DNA of 64,000 nt from Desulfurococcales archaeon. GTDB lineage: Archaea > Thermoproteota > Thermoprotei_A > Sulfolobales > Desulfurococcaceae. The notes below the pieces were generated by a model. The model was not told where the DNA came from. It made no database searches and saw nothing but the letters and a program-made list of their open reading frames with translations. The position numbers and the translations under genes were made by a program. The stretch covers positions 352,001 to 416,000 of the forward strand of contig JALVYU010000031.1 in assembly GCA_027022365.1 (NCBI GenBank), read 5' to 3'. Of this stretch, positions 9,414 to 20,334 are shown in pieces (positions within the stretch are counted from its first letter, which is position 1; every line of letters starts with the position of its first letter).

Positions 9414-10550
9414 TCATATTTTATCGATCGTATAACCTATCTTCCCATTATATAACAGTACCGGGTAGCCTCCAATATCTTTGCTCGAATAGTTTGAGGA
9501 GACGCCATACACGTATAGCGTGAAATAATTTGTTGATAAGTCGTTAAAGTCCTCCGCAACAACGCTGTCGGTTCCATTATACCACTTGATCTCTTCTACG
9601 ATGTTGTCAATATACATGTCGTAAAGGCCGGCTACATCCCAAACACCGAAGCACTCATCAACAATATCTGCTCCGTATAAACCTGTATATTTTCTCAGCA
9701 CAATTGTTTTTCCGTCTATGGCTAGTTTGAATTCGATAATATTGTTTGGATAGGCGGAGAACTCTAAGTCGATGTGGTGAGGGGTATACACCCTGAAGTT
9801 GGTGAATACTTCTTCTCGGCTCACAGTATCGTAGAAGACTATGGTTCCATTCTTGTATGCTTTGATATCGAAGAAGAAATTGTTACCGTTTTGGTAGAGG
9901 CGTATCTCATGTATTATGGTATAGTCTTCGCCTAGCTGGAATAGACCATACCATATATTATAACCTATACGTAGCTTCTCAATATTACTTCCTATATACA
10001 GATCTATGCCGTAGTATCTCCAAAACTGGTGGTATATCGCCGAAAAATGCTCTGGGTCATAATCCCACGCGTTGAAGTATCCTTTCTTAATATAGCTTAG
10101 CACGGGGTGTGCAGTAAGCTTTATTGTTTTATAGAAGGTTGCCCCCGACGAAGTCAGGATCTTGAACTCGACCATGACGCCGGGGACGAGCTGGAACTCC
10201 TGGGTTCTAACAGCGATTTCTACGAGGTGGCCCGGCTTGATCGGCACCTCTCCGTAGCCAATATACTTGTTACTTGTTTCATCCCACGCCCACATTATTT
10301 TGGCTTCCCGCCCATTGATCAGTACATGTGTTATCGTTGTTTCGGCAGAGCCAGTATTCTTGATATAAAGCAGTATTGTTTTAATCGCCATTTCGGCGTC
10401 ATAGAATTCGAGCTTTATGGTGCCTCTATTAATCATGTTCGCAGCCATAGACGATACCCATAGTGCATAGGCAACGCTTATTGCAATAACTATCGCAACA
10501 ATTATTACCGTTGCGAGCAACGATTGCATACTCTTCAAGAATACCACCAT
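9414..10550 (-). CDS. Type IV pilin/archaellin-like surface protein with large C-terminal beta-rich domain
   Basis: Class III signal-like KS|MQSLLATVIIVAIVIAISVAYALW, then the LYIKNTG...ITHVLING pilin motif. Confidence 0.7.
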   Translation of the reverse strand: MVVFLKSMQSLLATVIIVAIVIAISVAYALWVSSMAANMINRGTIKLEFYDAEMAIKTILLYIKNTGSAETTITHVLINGREAKIMWAWDETSNKYIGYGEVPIKPGHLVEIAVRTQEFQLVPGVMVEFKILTSSGATFYKTIKLTAHPVLSYIKKGYFNAWDYDPEHFSAIYHQFWRYYGIDLYIGSNIEKLRIGYNIWYGLFQLGEDYTIIHEIRLYQNGNNFFFDIKAYKNGTIVFYDTVSREEVFTNFRVYTPHHIDLEFSAYPNNIIEFKLAIDGKTIVLRKYTGLYGADIVDECFGVWDVAGLYDMYIDNIVEEIKWYNGTDSVVAEDFNDLSTNYFTLYVYGVSSNYSSKDIGGYPVLLYNGKIGYTIDKI

Positions 10551-10857
10551 TAAGTATCTTGACCATGATATCTTATCAAGGAACAATTAATTCATTTGAT
10601 ATATAATGTTTTTGAAAAGTAGCCGCTAACCACGCAGCTATAGCTGGCTTCAAAAGAATAATGGATGAATAATCTTATCCTTATTTTTATCCCTATGACA
10701 ATGCAACAATGCTTGAAGGTTTATCTAAATATGCCTGTTATCCGGCTCCGTAGAGAGTAGCTAAACATACCGTTTTACTCCGGCTCCTTTCGGAATAACT
10801 GCTCGTTCGGATCCGTCTTCATCATTAATTGATTATTACCGGGAAAGAATTTAGATT

Positions 10858-12825
10858 CTACTGGTTCAAGAGCTCTTCGAGCTTTGCATAGAATTTCTTC
10901 CACCACTCCCGCGCCGCTTTCTCCTTGTTGAGCTGGAAGAGCGTTGCCCATTTCTCGTTGCCGAATTCCTTTGCTCCTAGGGCTAGGTAGTCTATGACTT
11001 TGCGGCTGTCCCAGAAGCTCGGTGCTGCTCCTGCTTTGTCCTGGTACTCGAGGATCTTCTTGTACAGCTTCTTGTATCTGGCGTCGAGGTCTTTGAGCCC
11101 GAACAACTGGTCTAGTATCTTGTCCAGTGTTTTCTCGAGCCATCCGCGGTGGAAGCGGCAGAATCCACCGTTATCGCTCCACATCTCCTTGATCGCCCTC
11201 GTGAATGCTTTCTCCGCGTACTCCTCGGGCTCAGTGAAGACGCTCTTGTATAGGGTCCAGTACCTGCCGAGAACCGCGAGTGGCGCCACCATCCCAGGCG
11301 TCCAGTAATAGTTCGGCGTTATGTGTCCTTCCTCGCCGAAGCTCGCATACACTATTAGGTCGCTGAACCTCCACCCAGCCTGCTTCACCCTGTCCTCATA
11401 GAGTATGTCCAGTATCTTGGCGGCCGACCTGAGACCGCGTTCACCAACTAGTTTTAGGAGCGGGTTCCCACCCCATGCAAGTTTCTCGAGTATGCTGACA
11501 GCTAGCTCCGCGTTCGTCTTGCTGTACTCGATACTGTATTTCTCCGGGTTGAAGAACGGCTTTCGGGGCAGGCCCAGCTCCTCGGGCCTTAGGAGGCCCT
11601 TCTCCATAGCGTCGTAGAGGAAGCCTATCACCTGGCCGGTCTCGATCGCGTCGAAGCCGAGTGCATCTGCTTTCTCCACGGCTTTCTGGGCCTCGTGTAT
11701 CTCGAAGACCCCTATGAATGGACCGAAGCCCTCGTATGGCTCGTAGTCGGTCTTGTACCTGCCGAGCCTCACCTTCTTACATGCTATTGGGCATGGTTCT
11801 CCACAGGTCTTCCAGGTCTTGGTCTCTATTGCTTCGCGGTTGAAAGGCTCCCAGATGAACTTCATGATTAGTTCGTGTAGTCTCTGCCTGAGCTCCTGCG
11901 GCAGATAGATCATGTTCCAGTTGAACATCGGGGTGAGGGTTTTTAGGTGTGGGTAGTTTCCTCCGAGGGTACCGCCCGTGTTGAGCTTGGGGTTAAACCT
12001 GTACTTCGTCCCGGCCTCTATCACCATTGTGACGTACGGCTTCTTCGCAATGTCTAGGAATAACTGGTTGATCGTCTTCAAGTCCCTCAGCTGCTCGGGG
12101 AGATCCTTGCTTCTATCATAAGCTCCGCCATAGATTATCGCGGCAACATGATGGGCACGATATAGCACGCTTCCGGGCCCGCCCCTTGCAGCGTAGTCTT
12201 CGCTGCCCCAATCAATTCTTCCCTTATGGAGAGTTATGCTAGCAAGCGCTCCGAGGCTCGTGTACTTAGCGGCTGGGCCGACCAGGACGCTCCTACCGTC
12301 GTATTTCTCGTAGAACTCCCTGTAGGTGTCGCTGAGGTACTCCTGGAGAGCATACACTCCCTCGAGCCCCTTGTAGCCCCTCCATATCTCCTCGAGCTTG
12401 TCCTCCTCGATCTCGATAAACTCTACCCTAACCTCCCCAGTGCCGGGGTCCTCGAGCTTAAGTATCAATGGCTTCTCGCTCTTCCCCACAACAACGACTG
12501 CATCAACTCCCAGTCTGAACTGGTATGCGGCGCCGCCCATCGCTGCTACGTGGAAGCCCCTCGTCAATGGGCTCTTGAACGCTGCCACGAGGCGGTGGCT
12601 ACCATATAGTTTGCTCCCAGCAAACAATCCCGCACCGAGAACCAGGGCGTTCTCGGGACTGTATACTGGTTTCTTCCAAGTCTCCAGCTCCTCGAGATGA
12701 ACCTTAAGCCCCAGCTCTATAGGCCCCATAACCTCCTCGATCGGATACTCCTTCACCCACGTCTTCCTCGTGGAAACATCTATGAATAAAGCCCTATACG
12801 ATTTCTTCACCGTTAAACCCCCCAT
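10858..12825 (-). CDS. gor: Glyceraldehyde-3-phosphate:ferredoxin oxidoreductase (GAPOR)
   Basis: 655 aa divergent AOR-family protein with GSHRL, AMGGAAY, AARGGPGS, GGTLGGNY, TCGEPCPIACKK, DYEPYE and GFCRFHRGW. Confidence 0.92.
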   Translation of the reverse strand: MGGLTVKKSYRALFIDVSTRKTWVKEYPIEEVMGPIELGLKVHLEELETWKKPVYSPENALVLGAGLFAGSKLYGSHRLVAAFKSPLTRGFHVAAMGGAAYQFRLGVDAVVVVGKSEKPLILKLEDPGTGEVRVEFIEIEEDKLEEIWRGYKGLEGVYALQEYLSDTYREFYEKYDGRSVLVGPAAKYTSLGALASITLHKGRIDWGSEDYAARGGPGSVLYRAHHVAAIIYGGAYDRSKDLPEQLRDLKTINQLFLDIAKKPYVTMVIEAGTKYRFNPKLNTGGTLGGNYPHLKTLTPMFNWNMIYLPQELRQRLHELIMKFIWEPFNREAIETKTWKTCGEPCPIACKKVRLGRYKTDYEPYEGFGPFIGVFEIHEAQKAVEKADALGFDAIETGQVIGFLYDAMEKGLLRPEELGLPRKPFFNPEKYSIEYSKTNAELAVSILEKLAWGGNPLLKLVGERGLRSAAKILDILYEDRVKQAGWRFSDLIVYASFGEEGHITPNYYWTPGMVAPLAVLGRYWTLYKSVFTEPEEYAEKAFTRAIKEMWSDNGGFCRFHRGWLEKTLDKILDQLFGLKDLDARYKKLYKKILEYQDKAGAAPSFWDSRKVIDYLALGAKEFGNEKWATLFQLNKEKAAREWWKKFYAKLEELLNQ

Positions 12826-13028
12826 AACAATTGTCTCTACAGACTCATAGTGTACATATTATTAATCAAGTTATATAAGAATACCCTAGCATCCAAAGGC
12901 GAGTCTACAAAGCCGATTAAAATAATTATATTAAAGAGAGAATATGACTAGATATACATACGATCTTTTAGGTCGGTACAAGCAAGAGAACAGCTGGAAA
13001 ATGATGTTCTGAGCTGAATAATGACCTA

Positions 13029-13973
13029 TTACCGCTTCTTTCTACCAGCCATATAATACAATACTATAACTGCGGCACTGGCCCCCAGGAGTAGGGGGAG
13101 AATATAAGAACTAGCAGTGCTATAGGGACGGGCATTACTCTCTGCTGACGTGCTGGTATTTCCGAGAGGAACAGGCGATCCTCGGTCTGCCTCGATCACT
13201 ATTGGTACACTGTAGCCTATAATATCCCTTAAGGCCCTGAAGAGATTCTCCACGCTCTCCCTAGAGGGCTTGGCCCTGACTCCATCGAGTACTATGCCGA
13301 GGCACCCGAAAGCCTTGTACCTGCCCGAGAAGGATAGCCCGGGTAGCTTGCCGCCGTTAACACTTCTTAAGGCTTTCTCGAGCTCTATAGATAGCTTGCT
13401 GAACTGGGAATGCCTACTGCTAACATTGTATATAGTGTCCAGTATGGGTACCAGCTTCGCGGCCGCTTCATCCACAGCGCCCGGATCATATACGATGCCC
13501 CGCGGTATGAGCTTAACCACAATGACGACTCCCTCGTTACGCGCAATAGGCTCTATGGCGCGCACCGCCTCTTCAAGCCGATCCTTATTGCTTGGCTGTA
13601 TTACTGGCAGTACTATGACCCTAACACTCTTGTTAACAAGGTATATTGACCCCCTATATGGGATCTCCAGTCCACATTTCTCACGGAGTAAATCAATGAC
13701 CCTGTCCTCGAGACAACTGATCTTGCTATAGCTCTTAAATGAGGCAACGGATACTATGGGTGTGAACCTGCAGTGCTTACAGCCACATATATCGCTGACA
13801 TGGTAGTATCCAATAAAGCCATCGCCAGAGTATATGAAATAATTTACTCCACGAATACCGCTGATCTTGTATGTGTACTTGAAGCCCTCCACTCTAACAT
13901 ACATATTGCCTAGACCAGCGGCAACACTGCTCAAAAACGCGGAGAAAACTACCATTATTAATAACCAAGACAT
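13029..13973 (-). CDS. Hypothetical secreted, C-terminally membrane-anchored protein
   Basis: Signal peptide, S/T-rich linker, C-terminal TM helix followed by RKKR. Confidence 0.7.
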   Translation of the reverse strand: MSWLLIMVVFSAFLSSVAAGLGNMYVRVEGFKYTYKISGIRGVNYFIYSGDGFIGYYHVSDICGCKHCRFTPIVSVASFKSYSKISCLEDRVIDLLREKCGLEIPYRGSIYLVNKSVRVIVLPVIQPSNKDRLEEAVRAIEPIARNEGVVIVVKLIPRGIVYDPGAVDEAAAKLVPILDTIYNVSSRHSQFSKLSIELEKALRSVNGGKLPGLSFSGRYKAFGCLGIVLDGVRAKPSRESVENLFRALRDIIGYSVPIVIEADRGSPVPLGNTSTSAESNARPYSTASSYILPLLLGASAAVIVLYYMAGRKKR

Positions 13974-14129
13974 AATTTTAGCTTCACGGATCTGATCTAC
14001 TATACCTGGACACCTTTTCCAATTCTTTATCTGTAAGCTTGATTATTTGTATATAGATATCTACATATATATTTTCCTGTATTCATAGTGCTCCACCAGC
14101 CTAAATCCTAACGATCCTTGAAGAAATGT

Positions 14130-14876
14130 TTATCCAAAAATTATCTTCTCCATGGTCCTGCCGCTTAAGAGGAGCCACAGGTATACCGTGTAGAAGATCA
14201 GGATAATTATGAGCGCTACTATTGATGTAACCGGGTTAACCACATCATATATGCCATAGAAACTATACCGCATAAGCTCAACCACGTAAGTCAGGGGCAA
14301 CACATAGGATACTGGCTGGAGAAACCATGGAAGCATGAACACTGGTATGAATATCCCTGACAAGAACATCATTGTGAATCTCAATATGTTCATTACAACC
14401 ATGCTATTCTCTATGCTTGCGAGTAGAGCTATTATTGAGCCGATCAGGGAGAAAACAATCGAGCCCAGAATTATCGCGATAATCAGCGGTAATACATGGA
14501 TGACATGTATAGGCGTCAAAACAGATGCTATCACGCTGGCTATTCCAGCCCCTATAAATCCAAATATGAGGCCCGATAATACTTTCGCAGTAACCAGACT
14601 TGCCAGGTTTATAGGGGTATAGAGGAGCTTCTCTATACTTCTAGCTTTTCGCTCAATACCCATTGCGACCTGACTCATTGTCGTTGAGGACCACATCATG
14701 GCTAATGCGATAACTCCGGATATTATTCTCCAATTATAAGAAGCAGCTAACACCAGCATTGCAACAATTGCTATGGGTGTTATGAAGCCCCAGCTCAGAG
14801 TAGGGGGCTTCAAATAGTATTGCCTAAGGTCTTTTTGTAGAATAATTATGGTGTCTCTTAAGAAGCCCATTTTCAT
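14130..14876 (-). CDS. ABC-2 type exporter permease
   Basis: About 6 TM helices, FLSGIFIP...LPW...PLTY motif. Confidence 0.88.
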   Translation of the reverse strand: MKMGFLRDTIIILQKDLRQYYLKPPTLSWGFITPIAIVAMLVLAASYNWRIISGVIALAMMWSSTTMSQVAMGIERKARSIEKLLYTPINLASLVTAKVLSGLIFGFIGAGIASVIASVLTPIHVIHVLPLIIAIILGSIVFSLIGSIIALLASIENSMVVMNILRFTMMFLSGIFIPVFMLPWFLQPVSYVLPLTYVVELMRYSFYGIYDVVNPVTSIVALIIILIFYTVYLWLLLSGRTMEKIIFG

Positions 14877-15814
14877 TTCACCGGTTTCCTATAGATCCGG
14901 ATAAAGATCTTGTCCCAGGGTGTCCCCGCCATTCTGATAGAGTCGATTCCATTTCCGTTGCTCGATAGAATATCCTCAGCACGGCTAAGCAGTTCTGGTA
15001 GATCGCGGGATCTCCTGTAATAAGCAACTACTCCGTGTCTGCTAACAACCTTGAAACCTTCTCTCTCTAGTGCAGTCCTAGTACGGGGGTCTATAGGCTT
15101 CTTTGTTGTTATGATAATCTGCTCTTCGATAGGATACTTCGTCATTAGCTCTGAAGGAGTTGTCTCTAAGACCTTTTCTCCATTTTTCAGGATTATAACC
15201 TTGTTAGAGAGATCCATTGTCTCAGGAATATTGTGTGAAGTTATGATTATAGCCTTGCCTTCTCTTGAGAGCTCGATGATGTTCTTTTTGATCAAATTCT
15301 TTCTCTCAACATCGATTGCATTGAAGGGTTCATCTAACAATATGATTTCTGGGTCATGGATTATGGATGATATATAGTCAAATATTCTCTTCAAACCCAT
15401 TGATAATTTCGCGTATTTCCGTGGAAGAAATGATGCAACATTAAAATAATTTGATAACTCTTTTATTTGATCATTACATATGTTTTTATCAATACTATAC
15501 AGTCTACACAGGATGTTTAGTGAGTCCTTAACGGGGAGATCAGGGAATAGTGATGGTTCCTCAGTCATGATACCCATAATCCTCTTCCTCAACGAGGCCT
15601 TATCGGTCATATCTTTTCCATTGATAATAATTCTACCTTTATCTGGGCGTAGGACGCCTCCGATAATCCTTATTGTCGTGGTCTTTCCTGCTCCATTTGG
15701 TCCAAGGAGTGCTAGGATCTCTCCCTTACCTAAAGTAAAGGAAAGATCTCGTACTGCGACTGTTTTTCCATAGGATTTATAGATATTATCCACAACTAAT
15801 ATGGCTGGGCTCAT
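14873..15814 (-). CDS. ABC exporter ATP-binding protein
   Basis: Walker A GPNGAGKTT, signature LSMGLKR, Walker B ILLDEP, H-loop SH. Confidence 0.92.
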   Translation of the reverse strand: MSPAILVVDNIYKSYGKTVAVRDLSFTLGKGEILALLGPNGAGKTTTIRIIGGVLRPDKGRIIINGKDMTDKASLRKRIMGIMTEEPSLFPDLPVKDSLNILCRLYSIDKNICNDQIKELSNYFNVASFLPRKYAKLSMGLKRIFDYISSIIHDPEIILLDEPFNAIDVERKNLIKKNIIELSREGKAIIITSHNIPETMDLSNKVIILKNGEKVLETTPSELMTKYPIEEQIIITTKKPIDPRTRTALEREGFKVVSRHGVVAYYRRSRDLPELLSRAEDILSSNGNGIDSIRMAGTPWDKIFIRIYRKPVK

Positions 15815-15907
15815 ATGATGACGCCTTCGATATAGATAAATGTTTAATCTGGATAATCATTAATAGTATTCTCTGAGGCTTGTAATTAAGCATAAAGGTG
15901 TATATTA

Positions 15908-17434
15908 TTGCATATAATGAAATTTGTTGTATTTATGACATTGTCTATTATGCTGATATTGTCTTATACCCAGCCTAGCGTTGCTTATTCTATGGCGCAT
16001 CCACGTAATACTAGGATCCTTTGGCCCATGTACATGTATTCTCCACAGCACAATGGCACTTTTCCTGGACGCTCCGCTAGTCATGCAACAGGTTTCAAGG
16101 TAATGTGGAGATTTGAGGCGAAACTTTGTATTGCTAGCCAGCCAGCTGTAGCAGAGATCAATGGTGTGACTCTCATTTATTTCTCGAGCTGTGACGGGCA
16201 TTTATACGTGGTTAATAACAAAGGCAAGCTGGTTTGGTCATATGATACAGGCGGTGGAATGGATACACCAGCCCTAGGGGATGTTAACGGTGATGGAAAA
16301 ATCGATGTGGTCGTGGGGAGCGGGCCGGGAGATCTCTGGATCCTCGATGCAACAACTGGGAAGCTAGAGTACAGGATACATGGCGACTTCAGCATAACCT
16401 CACCGACACTCTATCCAATATATTCTAGGCACGACGATATAGTGATAGGGAGCTGGGATGGAAGCCTCTATATAATAACAATAATGAACAACCATCCGGT
16501 AATTAAGAAGATCAGAATAGGGAACTGCATAATTTACTCTCCAACAATCGTGACAATAAATGAAAAACCATACATACTGATTGGGACGGCTCTCTCCGAG
16601 CAGGAGATAGGGGAAACAAGAGGCTATATAGCATTGATCGATCCGAATATAGGTAAAATAATTGCCTATAATGAGATAGGCAACCAGATCCATGGAGGAA
16701 TACCCGTGACGAATTACGAAGGAGTTACGATAGCTGTAGCGACCACATTGCACCAGGTAGTCATATTCAAACTACCAAGTCTCAAAATAATTAGACAGAT
16801 AAATGTACCAGGATACATATCAATGAGCCCAGCAATCGGTGACTTCAACGGCGACAATGTACCAGACATTGCTGTAGCGAGCAGCCAGGGATTATTCGTC
16901 TACAGCATTAACGGTACACAAATATATAGTTTCCCATACACGAAGGGATATGCAACCCCCCTATATGCGGATGTTGATGGCGATGGAATATCAGAGATAA
17001 TAGTTCCAGGCTATGACGGGCGACTAGTAATTATCAACTATAAGAAAGGCCCCGAGTACTTCCTAGAGACAAAGGGGCCGCTCATGAGGCCCCCAAGTAT
17101 CGCGGACATAGACAATGACGGTATGCTCGAGATCCTATTAACAAGCAGGGACTTCCACCTATACTGCATAAAGCCGATACCAGAGACAACGAGCACCTCT
17201 GAAATAACCACTACAACACGCGGAAACATAGGATCAGCAACTCTTCAAACCCCTACACAATATCCTATGCAAAGCATCACGGAAACTTCTATCCCGGAAC
17301 ATAACGGTGGAGCTCGTAATCCTAGTGGCTTATCAATACCAGTACAACCAGACATACTTGTTATAATGACAGCTGGACTATCGATAATTCTCGTCATAAT
17401 AGCTATAATATCGAAATACTACAGTATAAAATGA
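15908..17434 (+). CDS. Secreted membrane-anchored FG-GAP/PQQ-like beta-propeller protein
   Basis: Signal peptide, repeated P(A)xGDxxGDG / DIDNDG motifs, T-rich linker, C-terminal TM helix. Confidence 0.85.
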   Translation: MHIMKFVVFMTLSIMLILSYTQPSVAYSMAHPRNTRILWPMYMYSPQHNGTFPGRSASHATGFKVMWRFEAKLCIASQPAVAEINGVTLIYFSSCDGHLYVVNNKGKLVWSYDTGGGMDTPALGDVNGDGKIDVVVGSGPGDLWILDATTGKLEYRIHGDFSITSPTLYPIYSRHDDIVIGSWDGSLYIITIMNNHPVIKKIRIGNCIIYSPTIVTINEKPYILIGTALSEQEIGETRGYIALIDPNIGKIIAYNEIGNQIHGGIPVTNYEGVTIAVATTLHQVVIFKLPSLKIIRQINVPGYISMSPAIGDFNGDNVPDIAVASSQGLFVYSINGTQIYSFPYTKGYATPLYADVDGDGISEIIVPGYDGRLVIINYKKGPEYFLETKGPLMRPPSIADIDNDGMLEILLTSRDFHLYCIKPIPETTSTSEITTTTRGNIGSATLQTPTQYPMQSITETSIPEHNGGARNPSGLSIPVQPDILVIMTAGLSIILVIIAIISKYYSIK

Positions 17435-17472
17435 AAAATATTTTATATCCGTAATTATGTTTGTAAAGGATA

Positions 17473-18462
17473 CTACTTTACAAGAGAGTTATGGCAAGCG
17501 ACATAGTGATTGGGGCTTACCTCGCGTAGCTCAGGCTCTATGGTGCTGCATTGCTTGGTTGCGAAGGGGCATCTTGTGTGAAATCTGCATCCTGGTGGCG
17601 GGTTCTTGGGGTCTGGTATGTCTCCCTTGATCTTTAGTCTTTCTCTTTCTCTCTTCCTTATGCTTGGCACGGCGTCTATGAGTGCTTTTGTGTAGGGGTG
17701 TGCGGGGTTGTTTATGACTTCTTCTGTGGGGCCTATCTCCACTATTTTCCCTAGGTACATGACTGCTATGCGGTCACTGACTATTCTTCCGACGCCTATG
17801 TCGTGTGTTATGAAGAGTGTTGATAGCCGGTATTCTCTGCGGAAGCTTTCGAGCAGGTCTAGTATTGATGCTCTCATCGACACGTCTATCATTGATACTG
17901 CCTCGTCGGCAACGATGAACTCTGGCTTCAGTATCATGGCTCTAGCGATGACTACTCTCTGCCTCTGGCCTCCGCTGAGGTGGTGTGGTAGTCTCTCGTA
18001 GAACTCCTCTGGTGGTGTTAGGCCTACGCGTTTGAGCATTGCTAGTACTTGTTCGCGTGCCTCATTCTTTGTCGCCAATCCGTGTATTATGAGTGGCTCT
18101 GCTATCTGATCCCCTATCTTGATCCTCGGGTTGAGGCTGGCGTATGGGTCCTGGTATATCATCTGCATGTGTCTGCGGAGGGGTCTGAGCTCTTTCCTAT
18201 TGAGCTTCGTGATGTCTCTGCCCTTGAATATTATCTGTCCGCCGCTGGGCTCCTCAAGCCTTAGCACCAGCCTGCCTGTCGTGGTTTTGCCGCACCCGCT
18301 CTCTCCTATGAGGGATAGCGTCTCGCCCCTCTTGATAGTGAAGCTTATCCCATCCACTGCTCTAACGTATTCTTGGCCGTGCCCCCTGATCATGTCGAGC
18401 AGCGTCCTGGTCACCGGGAAGTATTTCCTCAGGTCCTTGACAACTAGGACGGGCTCCACCAT
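17473..18462 (-). CDS. oppF: Oligopeptide/dipeptide ABC transporter ATP-binding subunit (OppF/DppF)
   Basis: GESGCGKTT, LSGGQRQR, ADE, HPYT, GCRFHTRCP and CH C-terminal motifs. Confidence 0.93.
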   Translation of the reverse strand: MVEPVLVVKDLRKYFPVTRTLLDMIRGHGQEYVRAVDGISFTIKRGETLSLIGESGCGKTTTGRLVLRLEEPSGGQIIFKGRDITKLNRKELRPLRRHMQMIYQDPYASLNPRIKIGDQIAEPLIIHGLATKNEAREQVLAMLKRVGLTPPEEFYERLPHHLSGGQRQRVVIARAMILKPEFIVADEAVSMIDVSMRASILDLLESFRREYRLSTLFITHDIGVGRIVSDRIAVMYLGKIVEIGPTEEVINNPAHPYTKALIDAVPSIRKRERERLKIKGDIPDPKNPPPGCRFHTRCPFATKQCSTIEPELREVSPNHYVACHNSLVK

Positions 18463-18468
18463 ACCTGC

Positions 18469-19437
18469 TCACCCCTCGACCCCGCTTGATCCAGCCTTAT
18501 GACAGGCTACGCAGTGTTCTCCCAAACACCTTAGGACGGGTTCTTCCCTCCTACACCTATCGTCGGCATAGCGGCAGCGCGGATGAAACCTGCATCCCGG
18601 CGGCGGGCTCCGTAGGTCCGGCGGGTAGCCTGGTATGCTCTCGATCTTCTTGGGGCCCCATAGGTCTGGAACGCTTTTGAGGAGTCCCCGGGTGTATGGG
18701 TGCTGGGGGTTATCCACTATCTCTTCAACCGGGCCCTCCTCGACGAGTTTACCGGCATACATGACCGCTATCCTGTCGCTCCGCTCCGCAGCTAGTGCTA
18801 GGTCGTGTGTGATGAACAATATGCTTGTCCCCTCCTTCTTGAAGCTCTGCAGCAGATCCATTATCGTGTCCTGGACTATGACGTCAAGCGCAGTGGTGGG
18901 TTCATCAGCTATGAGTAGTTTGGGCTTGAGGGCCACCGCTATAGCGATCGCGACACGCTGTCTCTGGCCACCACTCATCTGGTGAGGGTAGGCGCTGATC
19001 TTGTCGCGTGGGATCCCCACTCTCTCAAGCACCTCTCCAGCTTTCTCTAGGGCTTCCTTCTTCTTCATGCCTAGATGCGTCATGTAGACCTCCGCTATCT
19101 GATCACCTATCCTCCTGAGCGGGTCAAGGCTTGTCATCGGGTCTTGGAATACTACCCCGATCTCTCTGCCGAGGATCCGTCTGAAATCTCTCGCACTCAT
19201 GCCGAGCAGGTCTCTGCCATCAAATATTATCTTGCCGCCGACGATTTTTCCAGGTGGGCTTATGAGCCTAACTATGCTGTACGCCATTGTGCTCTTCCCA
19301 CAACCGCTCTCGCCTACTATGCTGAGCCACTCGCCCGGCTTTAGCTTGAGGGATACATGGTCTACCGCCCTGACCACTCCCGTTAATGTATAGTACTTGA
19401 CCACCAGGTCCCTTATTTCGAGGAGATATCCAGGCAT
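18469..19437 (-). CDS. oppD: Oligopeptide/dipeptide ABC transporter ATP-binding subunit (OppD/DppD)
   Basis: GESGCGKS, YPHQMSGGQRQR, ADEPTTALD, GCRFHPRC. Confidence 0.93.
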   Translation of the reverse strand: MPGYLLEIRDLVVKYYTLTGVVRAVDHVSLKLKPGEWLSIVGESGCGKSTMAYSIVRLISPPGKIVGGKIIFDGRDLLGMSARDFRRILGREIGVVFQDPMTSLDPLRRIGDQIAEVYMTHLGMKKKEALEKAGEVLERVGIPRDKISAYPHQMSGGQRQRVAIAIAVALKPKLLIADEPTTALDVIVQDTIMDLLQSFKKEGTSILFITHDLALAAERSDRIAVMYAGKLVEEGPVEEIVDNPQHPYTRGLLKSVPDLWGPKKIESIPGYPPDLRSPPPGCRFHPRCRYADDRCRREEPVLRCLGEHCVACHKAGSSGVEG

Positions 19438-19448
19438 CCGTGCTCACC

Positions 19449-20321
19449 CTAGATCGACTGTGCCAGGCTGAGTCTCTCGCTTAGAGCCTCGCCTATCAGG
19501 GCGAACCCCATTGCGAGGAGCATGACCGATAGTCCCGGGAAGAATACCAGCCACCACTGCCCGTTCAGGAAGAACGGCTGCCCGACTCTCAGGTCGTATC
19601 CCCAATCAGGTGTTGGGGGAGTTACCGAGAGCCCTAGGAAGCTGAGGCCGGCCTCCGTCAATATGGCGTCGGCGACGCTGAGGCTGAATACAACCAGTAT
19701 CGTGTGTGCTAGGTTGGGGAGTATGTGTCTCAGCATTATCCTCTTATCCGGTATTCCTAGGGCGTGCGCTGCATCGATGAACAACTGGTTCTTGATGCTC
19801 AGTGTCTGGCCACGTATCATTCTGAAGTATGTCGGTATATAGACGAAGGCTATTGCTATAGCGGTGTTCATAGGGCTCGGCCCGAGCACCGCGGCTATGG
19901 CTATTGCCAGTATTAGTGCGGGGAAACTGTACATGCTGTCCATGAACATGCTCAGCACACGGTCGATCTTCCCTCCCCTGTAGCCGCTCAGTAGTCCGAG
20001 CGGTATCCCTATCGCCATGCTTAGTAGTGTCGCGCTGAACACTACGTAGAGGACTATCCTGCTACCCCAAACTATCCTTGAGAACACGTCCTGGCCTATC
20101 CTGTTGGTCCCCATGAGGTGCTTGAGGCTTGGGGGCAGGAAGGGCTTGTCCACCATCTTGGTTGGGTCGTAGGGGCTTATCCACGGCGCGAAGACCGCCA
20201 TCCCTATGAATAGGAGGACTATGGCTAGCCCTGCGAGTAGTAGGCCCCTCCCGGGGAGGCGGCTGGTGAGCTGCTTTGCCAGCGGGGATAGGAGGCTCTT
20301 GGGCTTGATCCTCGTCTCCAT
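19449..20321 (-). CDS. oppC: Oligopeptide/dipeptide ABC permease (OppC/DppC)
   Basis: HLMGTNRIGQDVFSR, RHILPN, EAGLSFLGL and PDWG. Confidence 0.93.
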   Translation of the reverse strand: METRIKPKSLLSPLAKQLTSRLPGRGLLLAGLAIVLLFIGMAVFAPWISPYDPTKMVDKPFLPPSLKHLMGTNRIGQDVFSRIVWGSRIVLYVVFSATLLSMAIGIPLGLLSGYRGGKIDRVLSMFMDSMYSFPALILAIAIAAVLGPSPMNTAIAIAFVYIPTYFRMIRGQTLSIKNQLFIDAAHALGIPDKRIMLRHILPNLAHTILVVFSLSVADAILTEAGLSFLGLSVTPPTPDWGYDLRVGQPFFLNGQWWLVFFPGLSVMLLAMGFALIGEALSERLSLAQSI

Positions 20322-20334
20322 AAGTGTTCACCTC

